Source: Epiperipatus broadwayi
Taxonomy: Eukaryota > Animalia > Onychophora
DNA: 64,000 nucleotides
Direction: 5' to 3'
NCBI GenBank assembly: GCA_028023455.1
Contig: JAQFVV010000001.1
Coordinates: 3,596,001 to 3,660,000, forward strand
Under the pieces are notes generated by a model. The model saw only the letters and a list, made by a program, of their open reading frames with translations. It made no database searches and was not told where the DNA came from. Below, piece after piece: positions 50,601-64,000 of this stretch (position 1 is its first letter; each line of letters starts with the position of its first letter). The position numbers and the translations under genes are program-made.

Positions 50601-53600
50601 AGTTTTATCACCTAAGCACCATCACCAATTAATAATCCTTTTTTGACTATTCAACCAAGAATCTCTTCAATAATCAAAAAATTATGGGGTAAAAATCAAT
50701 TTCTTGTGAGATTCCAAATAAATTTATTTTTCTAATCTTAACAATAAAACTAGTTTAAATTAATCTGATTCAGAACAATCTGTATTACTGTGCTTATCTG
50801 ATTTATGTATATACAATCAAAAACAAACCATGAATAACATAGTTAAAGAATGTTAAATCTATGTATTCAGTGGGAACAACATAAGAACTTAATAAAGCCA
50901 TTAAAATCTTTACAATTTTTTTTTATATTTTGTTAGTAGTTAAGCTTATTTTAAATATGATATAAATTGAAATAAATAAATAACAATTGTGATGTATATA
51001 TAAAGATTAATTTTTACTGACTGTATAATTATATTAGTATATAAATAGCACTTTTTATTATGATGTTATTCATTATATATAATACTTAAATATATTGTAA
51101 TATTGTAGATAGTGGTCAACTTTAACCATATCAAATATTACAAGCTATAGTACTAATAAAAGTTAGAATGAGGACATTATAAGATTTAATTTTTTCATGT
51201 TTTTTATAATAATAAGTATCAATTTATTTAAAACTTGTGTATTCCTTGTGAGATAATTAGCATTTTTTAAAAGTAATGAAGTGAATATTTATAATTTGTT
51301 ATAAATAGTTGAAAAAGAAAGAGAAAAGTATAAAATAAAATAGATAATTTCTTTTATTTTCTACCTTCAGAAATTTTATGTATTAGTTTTAATTTTGAAT
51401 AAAAAAAAGAAGTATTAAGTAAATAATTTTTCTCTTCAATAAGTTATTGATAAGTTTTAATTTTAATTTTTAAATGTGATAAGACATATGTAACGTTTTG
51501 TGTTTATTAGGTTAGAATAAAATGAAAAATAAGGTTCTAGCATTTTTGTTAAGAAATTTTGTTTTAATCAAAGTTGTTGTTTTTCTTTTCTCTTTATCTT
51601 TCTAGAACAAAAAGTAATGTTGTTCAAATTAAAGGATAATAAAAATATTATCTTATTTTTTGGCATAAAAGAAACAATGACTATAAAGGATTTTTTCTGA
51701 TTGGAATTTTTTAATTTAAAAAGGAGAGAAATAAGCAAATAATCTTTTGTAAAATTTAGACCCAGTTAGCCACAGTCTAATGTTGTCATGCCTGAGATAA
51801 GATATGATTGGATGGATACAGAATTAGTTCAAAAAATAAGATAGGGGACAAATTAAAGCAATAGACATCAGTATCTTTGATCAGCAATTATTCTTGCAAG
51901 CTGTTAAAGAAATCACTAGCAGCAATCTTTCTGGATTCAGCTATTAAATAAACAATAGGAGCAATTATTCTTGTAAAACAGAAGCAGTTGTTCAAATTGT
52001 GAAGAGAACAGTAAAAAATAGTTTTGTACTTTGAAGTAAGACTCACCTCACTATTAATTTGGAAATATGTTTTTGATTTGAGGAAAACCATGTGCTAAGT
52101 TTCATCTAGAAGCTGAGCAACACCAAATCTTACCATGGTGCCTGTTTATTAAAAATATAAAGAAAAAAAGAATATTCTTAGAGAAATCTGCAATAAACCT
52201 TTTTTCCATCCAAAAGTATGTCTATCTCATTCTTGGGCTTGCCTAACTTTCAAATTATTAGATTAAAAAAATGTTAGATTTAGCCTATAAGAAATCTGAA
52301 AATATTATAAAAATAAATAAATTTAACTGTGTACATATAAAAAATTCTTTTAGTGAAAATTTGAATCTACAAAATGAAAAATTAATAGACCTAAAAAAGA
52401 GAATTGTTTAAACTCAACAATGGAAACCATATAAAAGAAAACTGAAAATTTGCAACTACCAAAGAAGATATCAAAAATAAATTCCTGATAAAAATGTATT
52501 TTAATGTATATATTACATCTACATTTATATATACATTTTTTAAAAAGGAATAATTAATAATAATGAGTAATTGTTAGTATTTTTAATAAATGTTTTTTCT
52601 CTTTATCTTATTTTCCTTCCAAAATATAATTGTATAGATTTTTTTCATTCTTATTAAAAAAAATAGAGGGTTTGAGCTCATTTAATTTTTTTTATCTTTG
52701 TAAAATTTTGTTTTACAATTTTAGTTATTGATATGGAAATAATTGTTTTAAAAATAAAGATTATTTACATCAATAAGTAAGAGCCAACAAGTTAATATTA
52801 CTTGCTATAGGTAATTATATTTTTGATAAAATGAATGAGAATTGAAATTATCATATTATCATATCCTTGATTAATTTTCTTAATTTTAATTTATTAGTTA
52901 ATTTATTAAATAATTTTTTAAAAAAAATAGTAGTATTTAAGTCTTTATTCCCCCAGCTAACTGTTCTACAGATAGGCAGTGTGCATGACTGGATTTCATT
53001 ATAGCATAGTATTTTGGGGATTTATAAATTATACCATTAAAACTATTCAAATTAAGGTAGAGTATGTGTATAATTTATGCTTTCTCTTGTCAGAGTCCTT
53101 AAGGTTTCATGATCTTGAGCTAGCTCTAGAGCAATAAAGGTTAATTAATTTATGTGGGGTTTATATTTGCATTTGAACATTCAGATAATTCTCTAGATAA
53201 CACACCCTTAATGTCCATTCACTGCACTTTATTTTTTTAGATTGGAAATTAATTTACAGTGAGCCTGTACATTCATAGTACCACATGGCCTGAGCATTGG
53301 TGATGATCAGCATGTACCATAATCCCAGAAAATTTTATATTATGATTAATAGATTAGTACTTAAGTATATGTATCAGAGTATTGTTGCATATCATGCCAT
53401 AAGTTTGGGATTGAATATTGAATCTTTTTAAATCCAGTCATAAGGATGACTGATGATTATTCTTGAATAATGATAGTGATGCAGCTTGTAATTTATTATT
53501 ATCATTATAACTGCTTATATTGTTATTCCAGTGCTGATTCTCATAACCATTATATATTTATTCTTTTATATTTATTCTCTTGTATATTTGATGATAACTA

Positions 53601-54399
53601 TTGAATGGGGATGATGATGTTTTCCCATTAACCTCATGTTCACCACATTTCATATCATTATAATATATATGTTATAAAAATGATAGCATAGTTCAGAAAA
53701 GAAGATCTGAAGGCCATTAAACATAGTGTTCTGATATATATAGAAATATGATCATATCTATATATCTATAATTAAAAGAATAATTAAATACTATTGCAAA
53801 AGTGTAAAGTTTCAGCTAGGTTTTGAAATTGGGAAGTAGATAAAAAATGAGATAAAAGATTTTATTCTAGCAAATTAAAAACTAAGTAATTTAAACAACT
53901 TTTCTTTATTAATATTACAATTGCTGCCAAATAAATAACTTAAGTTTTTGTTGTTGATAATAATAATCTTTACAATAAATGCTTTCAATGTGTTATAAAA
54001 CTAAATAAAATTAATTAAATAAACTATGATGATTGTTGAAATGCTACATATAAATTATTCCACAACTTACAAAATATATATATATTTTATTCAGTATAAC
54101 TTTGACATTGGAATATTTGTAAAAGTAAAATCTTATTTTGTAATAATTAACACATTTATCTTCATCTTGATGGACTTGGAAATTTTTTAGGTAGACAAAA
54201 ATTTTTAAGTAAATTTATGCACAACCACCTATCCCATAATCATTTATATTTTCAGGAATCCCTTTACACAAAAAAATTGTATATATACAAAAATTGGAAT
54301 TTTCAACCTTAATTCCCATATCTATTACATCTATTTAAGTATAGACAAATTCATCAGGTATTATTATTATTATGTTTCAAAAAGGAACTTTATTGAACC

Positions 54400-54960
54400 A
54401 AAGGAGAGATTATATCGATATCAATTCGCATACATATGTTTACAGAGTTATTTTTAAATTGCAAAACTTCATATAAGTTTAATTCTTTCATTAAATTGAT
54501 CCATTATGTTTTCATCTATATTAATAATCTGATCAAACTGTTTATATTTGTTGATTTCTAATTTCTAACCAATTTTTGACAAGATTAATGTCTAATAGCA
54601 TTTATTTTTAAACCTATTTTTTTATTTCATTTGATATGTCTTTAAGTTTTTCATTATTCGTGAAAATTCTCATATTATCTGCAACTAGATGAATTACGTA
54701 ATCTTTATTTTTATTCTCTTAGCTTATGATTTTCATTCATAAATACTTCAAGTAAAACTAAGTTTTGAAAAACTGGAATCACCCGCCATATAGTTTTATC
54801 AAGGTTAATCTTAGAACCACTGAAGATTAATCGGTGCTGCTACATTTTTATAAATATTTTTCAGATTTTGGTAATATCCTTGGTTTTGATATAATAAATC
54901 TTTAATCACTTAAAAGCCTTTTCAAAATTTATTAAACTTTCAATATTTATAAGTGGTATA
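54400..54960 (-). mobile_element. Decayed RTE-type RT fragment
   Basis: INFEKAF (~54930), NLVLLEVF, IHLVADN (~54685), KIGLKIN (~54610), FNERIKL. Confidence 0.65.
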
Positions 54961-54998
54961 AGGCAGTCGCGCTAACCTCTCGACCACCAATGCAAGAC
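54961..54998 (-). pseudogene. 5' half of the tRNA-Gly-like SINE
   Basis: GTCTT-GCATTGGTGGTCGAGAGGTTAGCGCGACTGCCT, with the same leader and head as the 20.6-kb copy; it stops in the anticodon loop. Confidence 0.7.
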
Positions 54999-56499
54999 TT
55001 ATTAAATACTTTTGAATTAATTAATCGCAAAATTACATAGAGACACATACTGTTTTCAAATAATAAATGTCGAAACAAATATTATTGATACCGGTTTTCA
55101 TTTTTACAATTTTGTACTTTTTTTATTTGTTTATAATTTAAAACGAGAGAATAATAATCATAATTATCTTATTTCCGGTTAAAGTTTTCAGAAATTTCTT
55201 AATCATTACTATGATAAGAATATCTATATCGAACAAACATATAGTTTATATATTTTAAATGATTATTCACTCTTCAAACTGAAGATGATGCAAAACAGAT
55301 AATAAAAAAAAAATGCTAAAATATTATAAAATCAGATTAATTAGATTTATCAACCTTTTAAATTATTTAGTATTTCAGGATACGTATTCTTTTTAAAAAA
55401 TACACACACATATAAAGTTATATTTACAGATATATTAAGTGTAAGATAAATAAGTATATAAAAGTATATACACGCTCGTATATGTTTACACACAAAAAAA
55501 ACTAATTTGAGATGAGGAATTTTAAATGTTGCTGGATTGTTTTAAAAAAATCTGCGACAAAATTTAAAAAGTAATTGGGGTCTTAAAAAATAATCTCAAT
55601 TTGGAAGCATGAATATACATAAAAGTAAAACTCTCATAACACAGCACTAAACATAAGTTTGAATATGGGCTGAAAAAAAACTTGGAAAGTTTTTTCAAGT
55701 TCCAATCAGCTTTATATTTTGGTTTTTTTTCTACAATAAGTCATCCAATTAGAACAAAAAGAGAAAGAAAAAAGTCTTGATATAATGAAAGGGTGGGAAA
55801 GAGAACTGTTTAGAAAGTCTCTGGTAGTGCCTCTATTGAGAATTTAATTACAATGAAAAGAATATGTATGAAAATAATAAAGTAAAAGAAAGTTGGAATA
55901 AAATATAAATTTTACTATTTAATTATGATTTTTGTTAGAAATTATTATTTGTAATTATTCTTACTTTCTTTGAATGATTTTTTGTTCTTTTCTTGTATTT
56001 ACTGCAGCTACTATATTACATTAATAATTGTTAAATCACTGTGCAATATATATATATACACACACAATTACAACAGTCCTTCAATTTATATTAGTACTGT
56101 ATTACCAATCAACTTAGTGTTAAATCACATATACTTAATGCTATGGCTGTTTACTATAAGTTAAATTAGCCTATTTAACATGATTGTATGCTTATTTAAG
56201 GTGCATTAACCTATTTATTATATATAAATTCTTATTATCATTTTGTGCAATTTTTGATAATTGCAACTACCTTATTAAATTCAAAGTCAAAATATAAAAA
56301 AATTAAATATAAAAATATAATTAGATGAAATTAAAAAAATTAAAACAAACAAAATATTTTATTTGTTTTATTTATATTTATGATAAATATTCTTGTTTTA
56401 ATTATTTTGCTGTACTTTGTTTAATTTTATATATAAATAAAATGACTGCATAAATTCAGATAACTTTCTTTTTCTTAATAATTTAAAAATTGGATTTAT

Positions 56500-57250
56500 T
56501 ATTTAAAAATAATAAGATGCAAAATTATCTAGGCTATATGATTTTCCAATTATTAAAGATTTTTCTGATCCATAATAGTTTTTCCTTTGCTTTTTATACT
56601 CTTATTATATAGATTGCATTTTAAATAAAAGTTTTTTTTAAAAATAAATTGTATGACCATTTGTTACAAGCTCCCATAATAATTTCATTCAGTTTATGAA
56701 ATCGATAGTTTTTGATTTTAGTTGGCATTGATGCAAAAATCTTTGGATTTTTAAGTCTATGACTATCAACAACTAAACTAAATTGTTCAGGGGGGGGGGA
56801 TATTGCTATGAATACCCTTGAAAATAAATTTGACTTTATAAATATTTGTGAAATAGTTTTAAAATTTTCATTATATTTATTCTTAATTACTGCAATGCAT
56901 TATCACTTAATGTAATGTCAATCTTTTTTACTTTTCTACTTTTTGTGCTGGAATTGTAATCAATGCTTTTTACTTTAGCTTGTAATATAGATCTGCTATT
57001 TAGAATGATATTGCTGTGAATTTTCTTGTAGATTTCTGCAACAGTTTTATCTAAGGATTCAAGAATTAGGTTTATACACATCTAAAATATTTTATTTATT
57101 TTTTAAAATACATTAACATTAGAAAGTACTCCAATAAACCATAGATTTTCATCATCATATCACATGTTTTTGTACCTCTTCCTCTTTATAAAAAATAATA
57201 ATTAGAGGTCTCTTATCTAAAGATGTATTTTTAACCCACAACAGCTACAA
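56500..57250 (-). mobile_element. Possible L1/Tx1-like LINE 3' coding remnant
   Basis: An open stretch of about 90 codons ending KIKNYRFHKLNEIIMGACNKWS resembles the pre-zinc-finger region; weak. Confidence 0.35.
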
Positions 57251-58797
57251 TATTTTTTTATACTGTCACAACTGGTACCTGATATCACTCATAAGAAGAG
57301 TATTATTTTATGATATAAGTAAGGTTCCAAATGGATATTTTATGTAAATAAAACAACCAAAAATAATTTTAAAATGATTCATTTCAGAATGGAACATTCA
57401 TTTTGCTCCATACAAATCAGTTTGCTACATATTCTGCCTTCGTAAAAAGTTTTTTCTCCAACTCGAATCAGTTGGATGCATTTTTTTTAGGAAAATTAGG
57501 ATTTTTTATTATAACATTACTTACAAAAATTATAATATTCATATAAAAAGTAGAAACAATATAAGCATAGATCACAAAAAGTGGATAAATAAAATTACAT
57601 ATCTTTAGAGTATAATCAGTATGAGATACTGCTAATAAAAAACAAGAAACATAAATACTTACACTATATGAGCAAAATGCATCCTAATAATGTTTTTAAA
57701 AATGCAGATACATATTCAAAGTTATAGAAATGGATACCCATTTACTTCATAAAATTCTAGAAAATGAAGTCATATGACAATTTTGTGTGGTATGATATGT
57801 TATTAAAATAATCTGTTAAAGATATGTTTAACATAAATTAACAAAAACAAAATAAAGAACCATGAATATAATTAACTAAATAAAATTAACTACAGCAAAA
57901 TTATTAAAACAAATAAAATTGATTATATAAAATCAATATTTTTTAAAATGTATTTCATACTTTTAGAATACAATTTTTAAAAATAAAACTACAAAATTGT
58001 ATATAAATTATTGAACAAATAAAACATATCTGATCAAAGCTGAAAGTCTTTTGTGCAACTGCTTTTATTTTGATAATCAAAAATATTTTGATAACCTGAA
58101 AAATGCTTTCATATTTAAAAAAATGTCAAACATTACAAATTTTTGCATCATAACATTTAAATTATCCAAAATATTTAATGCTAAATTCAATATTAAAATA
58201 ACAGAAGCATTTTAGAATTCAAGTTAATAATTTGTATATAGTTTGTTATTAGTAAAGCTTATTTTATATATATAAAAGATTAAATAATATTCTATATTAA
58301 AAAACTTGAATTGTATTTAGTATAATTTATTTATTTTATAGATATAATTTAAAGTTCTTTCATTTATTTAATTTTATAGATAATATTAATACATTTTTAC
58401 AAATATTTTTTATAATTATTCCTAATTCCTTATTTTATGTATTATATATATATATGTGTGTGTATGCATATATAAAATAAAAATATCAAATTTTTATATC
58501 TATGCTTTTTTATTCAGACTTTATGTTTGTTTGACAAGTAGTGCTACTGAAGTAATTTAATGTTACATGATATTGATATTTCTACTTTTATATTTAAATT
58601 TCAGCTAGTGATTTGCAATTAGTTCTATTTTATATATTTGTGTCTATAATGTATTTTCTATTACAGCATCTCTGGAAGCAATGCTGAGCCATCTTTATTA
58701 CCCAGACAGTGGCATTTAAGTTCCAGTTGAAATGTCAATCCTATTATATTAATAATTTTATTATGTTTACATGTTTTCCCATGCAAATATTTAATTA

Positions 58798-58924
<127 letters not shown>

Positions 58925-59756
58925 TTGTCTCTCTGTCTGTTTGTCTGTCTATCTATCTAACTATTTATATATACATCCATCCATCTATCTATCTAGCACA
59001 GTAATTAATTACTTAACTATTATATGCAGTCTTTCAATCCACACAAGTACTTTGGCTTAATTCCTTAACCCTACTAAACTATATTTTTTAATTAACAGAC
59101 ATTTTATTTGTATTATATATATATAAAGAAGTCAGTCATTGAATTTATGAGTCAGATTGATCAGTAATTTGAGAATATCTAAAACATTATAATGAATTAT
59201 AGATAATGGATTTAAATATTGTGTTAGTCATTTCATGAGGAAAGCATATGACTTATCTACATAGAAGTTTATTTCATAGTTTTAATATATGTAAAGCTGA
59301 GAAAATGAACCGGGTGACTTTTATGCCTAATAGTAGTTATATATACATACATCACAAATTCCAAAATTAAGATCAATTGCACTTTTATATTTTAAACAAA
59401 TTGTTACAGCCATTGTGAATGAATATAGTAATAACTCCTAAGATGTATTTTTATAAAGCAGGTATATCTTAAGCACATTAAAACAGGTCTCTCAAAATTC
59501 CTCAAATTTTAAATATAGTGCTCATATTTCTCATTCATTCCATAAAATGGCTTGCCCTTGAATATTTTAAAATCATCTATATTTTGATTCCAAAATACTT
59601 TTAACTTAAACATTGTTAATATTAATTTTTATATTTAAAATGTAAAAAATTTACAACTATGCTTATTTATTTTATATATAAATGTATCGTCTTGCTATTG
59701 GTAAATTTTTCTTTATGTACTTCAAACACAAATGCTGTCAGTACTAGAAATTATCC

Positions 59757-60240
59757 AATAATGAATAATATTTCTGTAGTGTTATTTTCATCACACCACT
59801 CACACGCAAGGTAGGGAGTGTTTTCTATTCACTTTTAACACCTTGTGGAGAAATGTAATCATGTGAAAAAGATCTGATTCCAGAGATGCACATTTCATGC
59901 TGAACCAGAATGAACCTACAGAAATATTATTCATTATTAGACAATCTTTGATCTAATGAGTTTCTAATCAAAATTCTTAATATACTTTCATTAAATGATT
60001 TGTGTTAAAGTTATGATGGCAGTAAGTTTGACACTTATCAATTAAACTGTAGTAATTTGCTATTTTACATATACTGAACTATGATAAATATATGTATAAG
60101 AGATTGTGGTCTGGGCCACTGATGGCTGATATGTTTATGATTACATTCTTCCACAAGATGATAAAAATGGATAGAAAACATTCCCTACCTTGTGTGAGGG
60201 CAGTGTAATGAAAATAACACTGCAGAAATATTATTCATTA
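59757..60240. repeat. Foldback/MITE, 104-bp arms, with an extra internal copy of the terminus
   Basis: 59759-59862 versus 60137-60240 inverted; 59757-59778 is also perfectly inverted at 59917-59938. Confidence 0.88.
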
Positions 60241-61276
60241 CAAATGCTTTCAATTTTTTAATTGGGTTAATGCTATAGACATTTATAATCAATAATAAAA
60301 TATACATGCAAGGGATAGATCTCACTAGAAAATATAGTATAAGTATAATAATAGGTTTAATAAAATTTAATTTGCACCAGAATTCAAAATATGGTAGAAT
60401 GTTATTAATCCAACTGGCCAAAATTATCCAACTGATAAATTACATTTTTTTCAACTAGCATTTTAAATACACACTCATTAAAAAAATTAATTATCATAGT
60501 ATAGTAAATACATTAATGTTGTACATACAAACTATAAATTAAAAAAAAAAATCACATTTAAGGAAATATCTGTATGTGAAGTTTTTTTTTCAGTTTTTGG
60601 CATATGTTAAGATATATTACCTAAATTACAGCTGATAACTAAGAAGATGAATAAATTATTGCACAGTAAAAAATGCATAAAGAAAGAAGTATTTGTTTAA
60701 TTGTATTGAAATAATTATCAATTAATAGGCCTAAGTAATGTATGCATTATATTTTATTTCATCTTTTAATCAGATTTATTTTTACCTAGAAAACAAAAAG
60801 TTTACTACACCATGTAACAAAGAATAGCTTTTTTAAAGATTTAAAAGTTTATTGTTTTTTTTTTTTTGGTGGGGGGGGGGATTATCTATAAATCAGCTGA
60901 TTTGCAAGAAGTTAGCGTAAAAAAAAATTAAAAATAGATTTTGATAAAGAAAAACATTTATGCAGCATATAATTTTTTTTATTATTTTCATTATTTTTTT
61001 TTGACAATACAAAAATAAATATACACTCATATTGTATATGTAAATATAATGTACAGTTCAATTAATGTATTTGCATATAATACTTATTTAAGATTCTTGT
61101 AACCTAAGAACATGGTGAAGAGGAATAATAAGGCTTGGAAACCAAAGATGTTAGATTAATGTTTGTATTACTAGTATTTGACTAGGTTGTTTAACTGCTA
61201 TTATATGAATATAATAAAATCACTAAACATCACATAATCACCATTTCCTATGCCTACACAAGCTGTTATTACAGTG

Positions 61277-62066
61277 ACAAACTCCCTATGCAATAATGTG
61301 ACCTAGTGTAAGCCATAGTTATCAATGAATGCAAGAAGATTTGTGCATAAAATCCTTATCTAGTGCCTACTCATTCAAGACTAGTTTCTAGCTTGTGGAT
61401 TTTATCAATGAGGAATCTTGAATCTGAGAGCACCTCACCTAGATCTTAGGATCTAATGACAACCCTTCAACCACTGCCTTTTATCTTTTGAGTATACTAT
61501 AAAGTTATAAGTTCAAAATAAAAACAGATGTTTTCAATCCAAGATCAGTTAATTGCACAGTCATATAGATCTGAACTCAGTTCTGTATCTATACCTTTTG
61601 ATGTCTTTGGTTCTTTAATAAGCATAGTCATCATCATCTCATAGGCAGGAATGGTATTAAATGACTCAACATCACATGATTACTATTTCCTATGATTATA
61701 CAAGCTGTTTAAACAGTAATCAATTCTCCATACAGTTAATAACACCTAAAGCCAGTCTATATGAGTATACAAGTGAATGAGTTTGAATTGAGATCATCTG
61801 TTTTCATTTTAGACTTATAGCTTTATAATTAATTAAAAAGATAAAAGATGACTGCTAAATGGCTGCATTAAATCCTAAGATCTAAGTTGAGCTAAGTATG
61901 GTGCTCTCAAATCCAAAGATCCTCATGATGAACAACCACAAGTTAGAAACTAGTCTAGGGATATTGAATGAGTATGCAATCGATAGGTAATTTTATGCAC
62001 AAACTTTCTTGCATACATTGATTACTATGGCTTGCACTGGATGGCATAACTGTATGAAGAGTTTGT
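61277..62066. repeat. Foldback element, arms of about 300 bp
   Basis: 61277-61569 versus 61756-62066 inverted, about 75-80% by eye, 186-bp spacer. Confidence 0.85.
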
Positions 62067-62146
62067 TATTAGTTTAATATAATATATAGTAAATATATGA
62101 TAAACATTAACATATATGTTCTGGAAAGCTGTTATTTGTTGATAAA

Positions 62147-62458
<312 letters not shown>

Positions 62459-63236
62459 GCAGCCATTTTTTTAAATATATAGTTTCAGGAGTACACAATA
62501 AAAATTTAAAACAAAATGACTGATAAGAAGCAATGTATTTAATATTTATATTTTATTTTGTTATTGTTATTTTTTAAAAAAGAAAAATTTCTGCAAAAAT
62601 TAATTATAATATTTACACTGTGTTATGAGATAGAGTGGAGAATGGTGGGACATGTGAAAGTCTATGCTCATATACCCTATATATTTTATTTATTATTATT
62701 TTTTGTATTAAGTCAACTTATTAATGTAAAAATAATAAAAATATAAGAAAATGTAAAGTGTCATATTGTGCCCATTAATGCAGACTTCAACTTAGTATAA
62801 AAATAAAAAAATATATAAGATATGTAATATGTCATATCGTGCCCATTAAAGCAATTTTTGTGAGAGCAGGTCCAATACCATTAAAAATACTCCAATGCAT
62901 ACTGTTCTGTCAAAGCAAGAACATAAACTTTCATCATTTTATCAAAATGGTAGTGACAAAAATAAAGACATTGAATGTAAACAAACTATGACAATGTTTG
63001 GTGTGTATCAGCATTTAAACATTATAATATAAATTTTAAAAAAATTAAAATAAATCTTCTGAATGGAATTTATAATCAATTTATTAATTTTTTTAAACTC
63101 AACAATTAACAAATAAAATTTAAAAAAACAACACCACATAAACAAATACTTATAATGCCTATAAAATTGTATAATTAAAAAATGGTGGCTAAACCTGGTA
63201 GACAAAGGAATTCACAAGTACTAAATATAGTGTCAA

Positions 63237-63643
<407 letters not shown>

Positions 63644-64000
63644 TAGTGGTTACACTTTGTGGTTAATGAACTATAACAATATAAAAATAAAAAAGCAAAA
63701 ATAATCAGAGTTCTAAAGTTTGAGAAGCTTATTTAGTTTTGTCTGCATGTCACTTTGAATGTTAGTTGTATGATAGTTTTCTTTGCAGCATTCACAGCAT
63801 TGATTGTTGTTTTAACAATGACCATGTTGCTGCATATAAGTGGGGGTTGGTTACTATTTTATCTCTATTTCGAATGTGTAGCAGTTTGTTGCTAAATGTA
63901 GCTGGGTGTCATCTGGTGTTATTGCGAATTAGGAAAGTACATTAGGTGCACCAGTACACATATAGAACAAATGTGGCTGCCCTAATGCTAGGTATTGATC

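Noticed and set aside
49800-50900. Decayed RT/Penelope-like words (IRLPYLRAFCRIKGII; SPLTVFNVF)
   Set aside because: Motifs point to different clades and none is diagnostic; needs blastx
51800-52140. ORF 51888-52091 and Kozak-like GCACCATG micro-exon
   Set aside because: Would need a 28-39 nt intron; the downstream LSPILF suggests a LINE remnant instead

Overview
AT-rich (roughly a quarter GC by eye), CpG-depleted eukaryotic DNA, most likely non-coding or intronic sequence of an animal; no host protein-coding gene could be supported. The window is dominated by mobile DNA: (1) a near-intact 5' part of an RTE LINE at the left edge, (2) an almost full-length decayed Vingi/Ingi-type LINE at 9.7-13.2 kb, (3) several RTE and L1/Tx1-like reverse-transcriptase (RT) fragments, (4) a Penelope-like element (RT + GIY-YIG) at 35.7-36.9 kb, (5) a 6.2-kb Buster/SPIN-type hAT transposon with terminal inverted repeats (TIRs), a target-site duplication (TSD) and a SINE-disrupted transposase, (6) three copies of a tRNA-Gly-like SINE, and (7) at least eight mutually unrelated foldback/hairpin structures up to 1.3 kb. 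The most interesting signal is a set of hammerhead-ribozyme motifs read directly from the sequence. These are a dispersed retrozyme-like repeat (copies near 12.7, 21.6, 35.1 and 60.1 kb), a tRNA-headed SINE with a hammerhead-like 3' module (21.3-21.4 kb), and a decayed hammerhead at the 3' end of the Penelope element. All alignments and family assignments were made by eye from remembered motifs; no searches were run.
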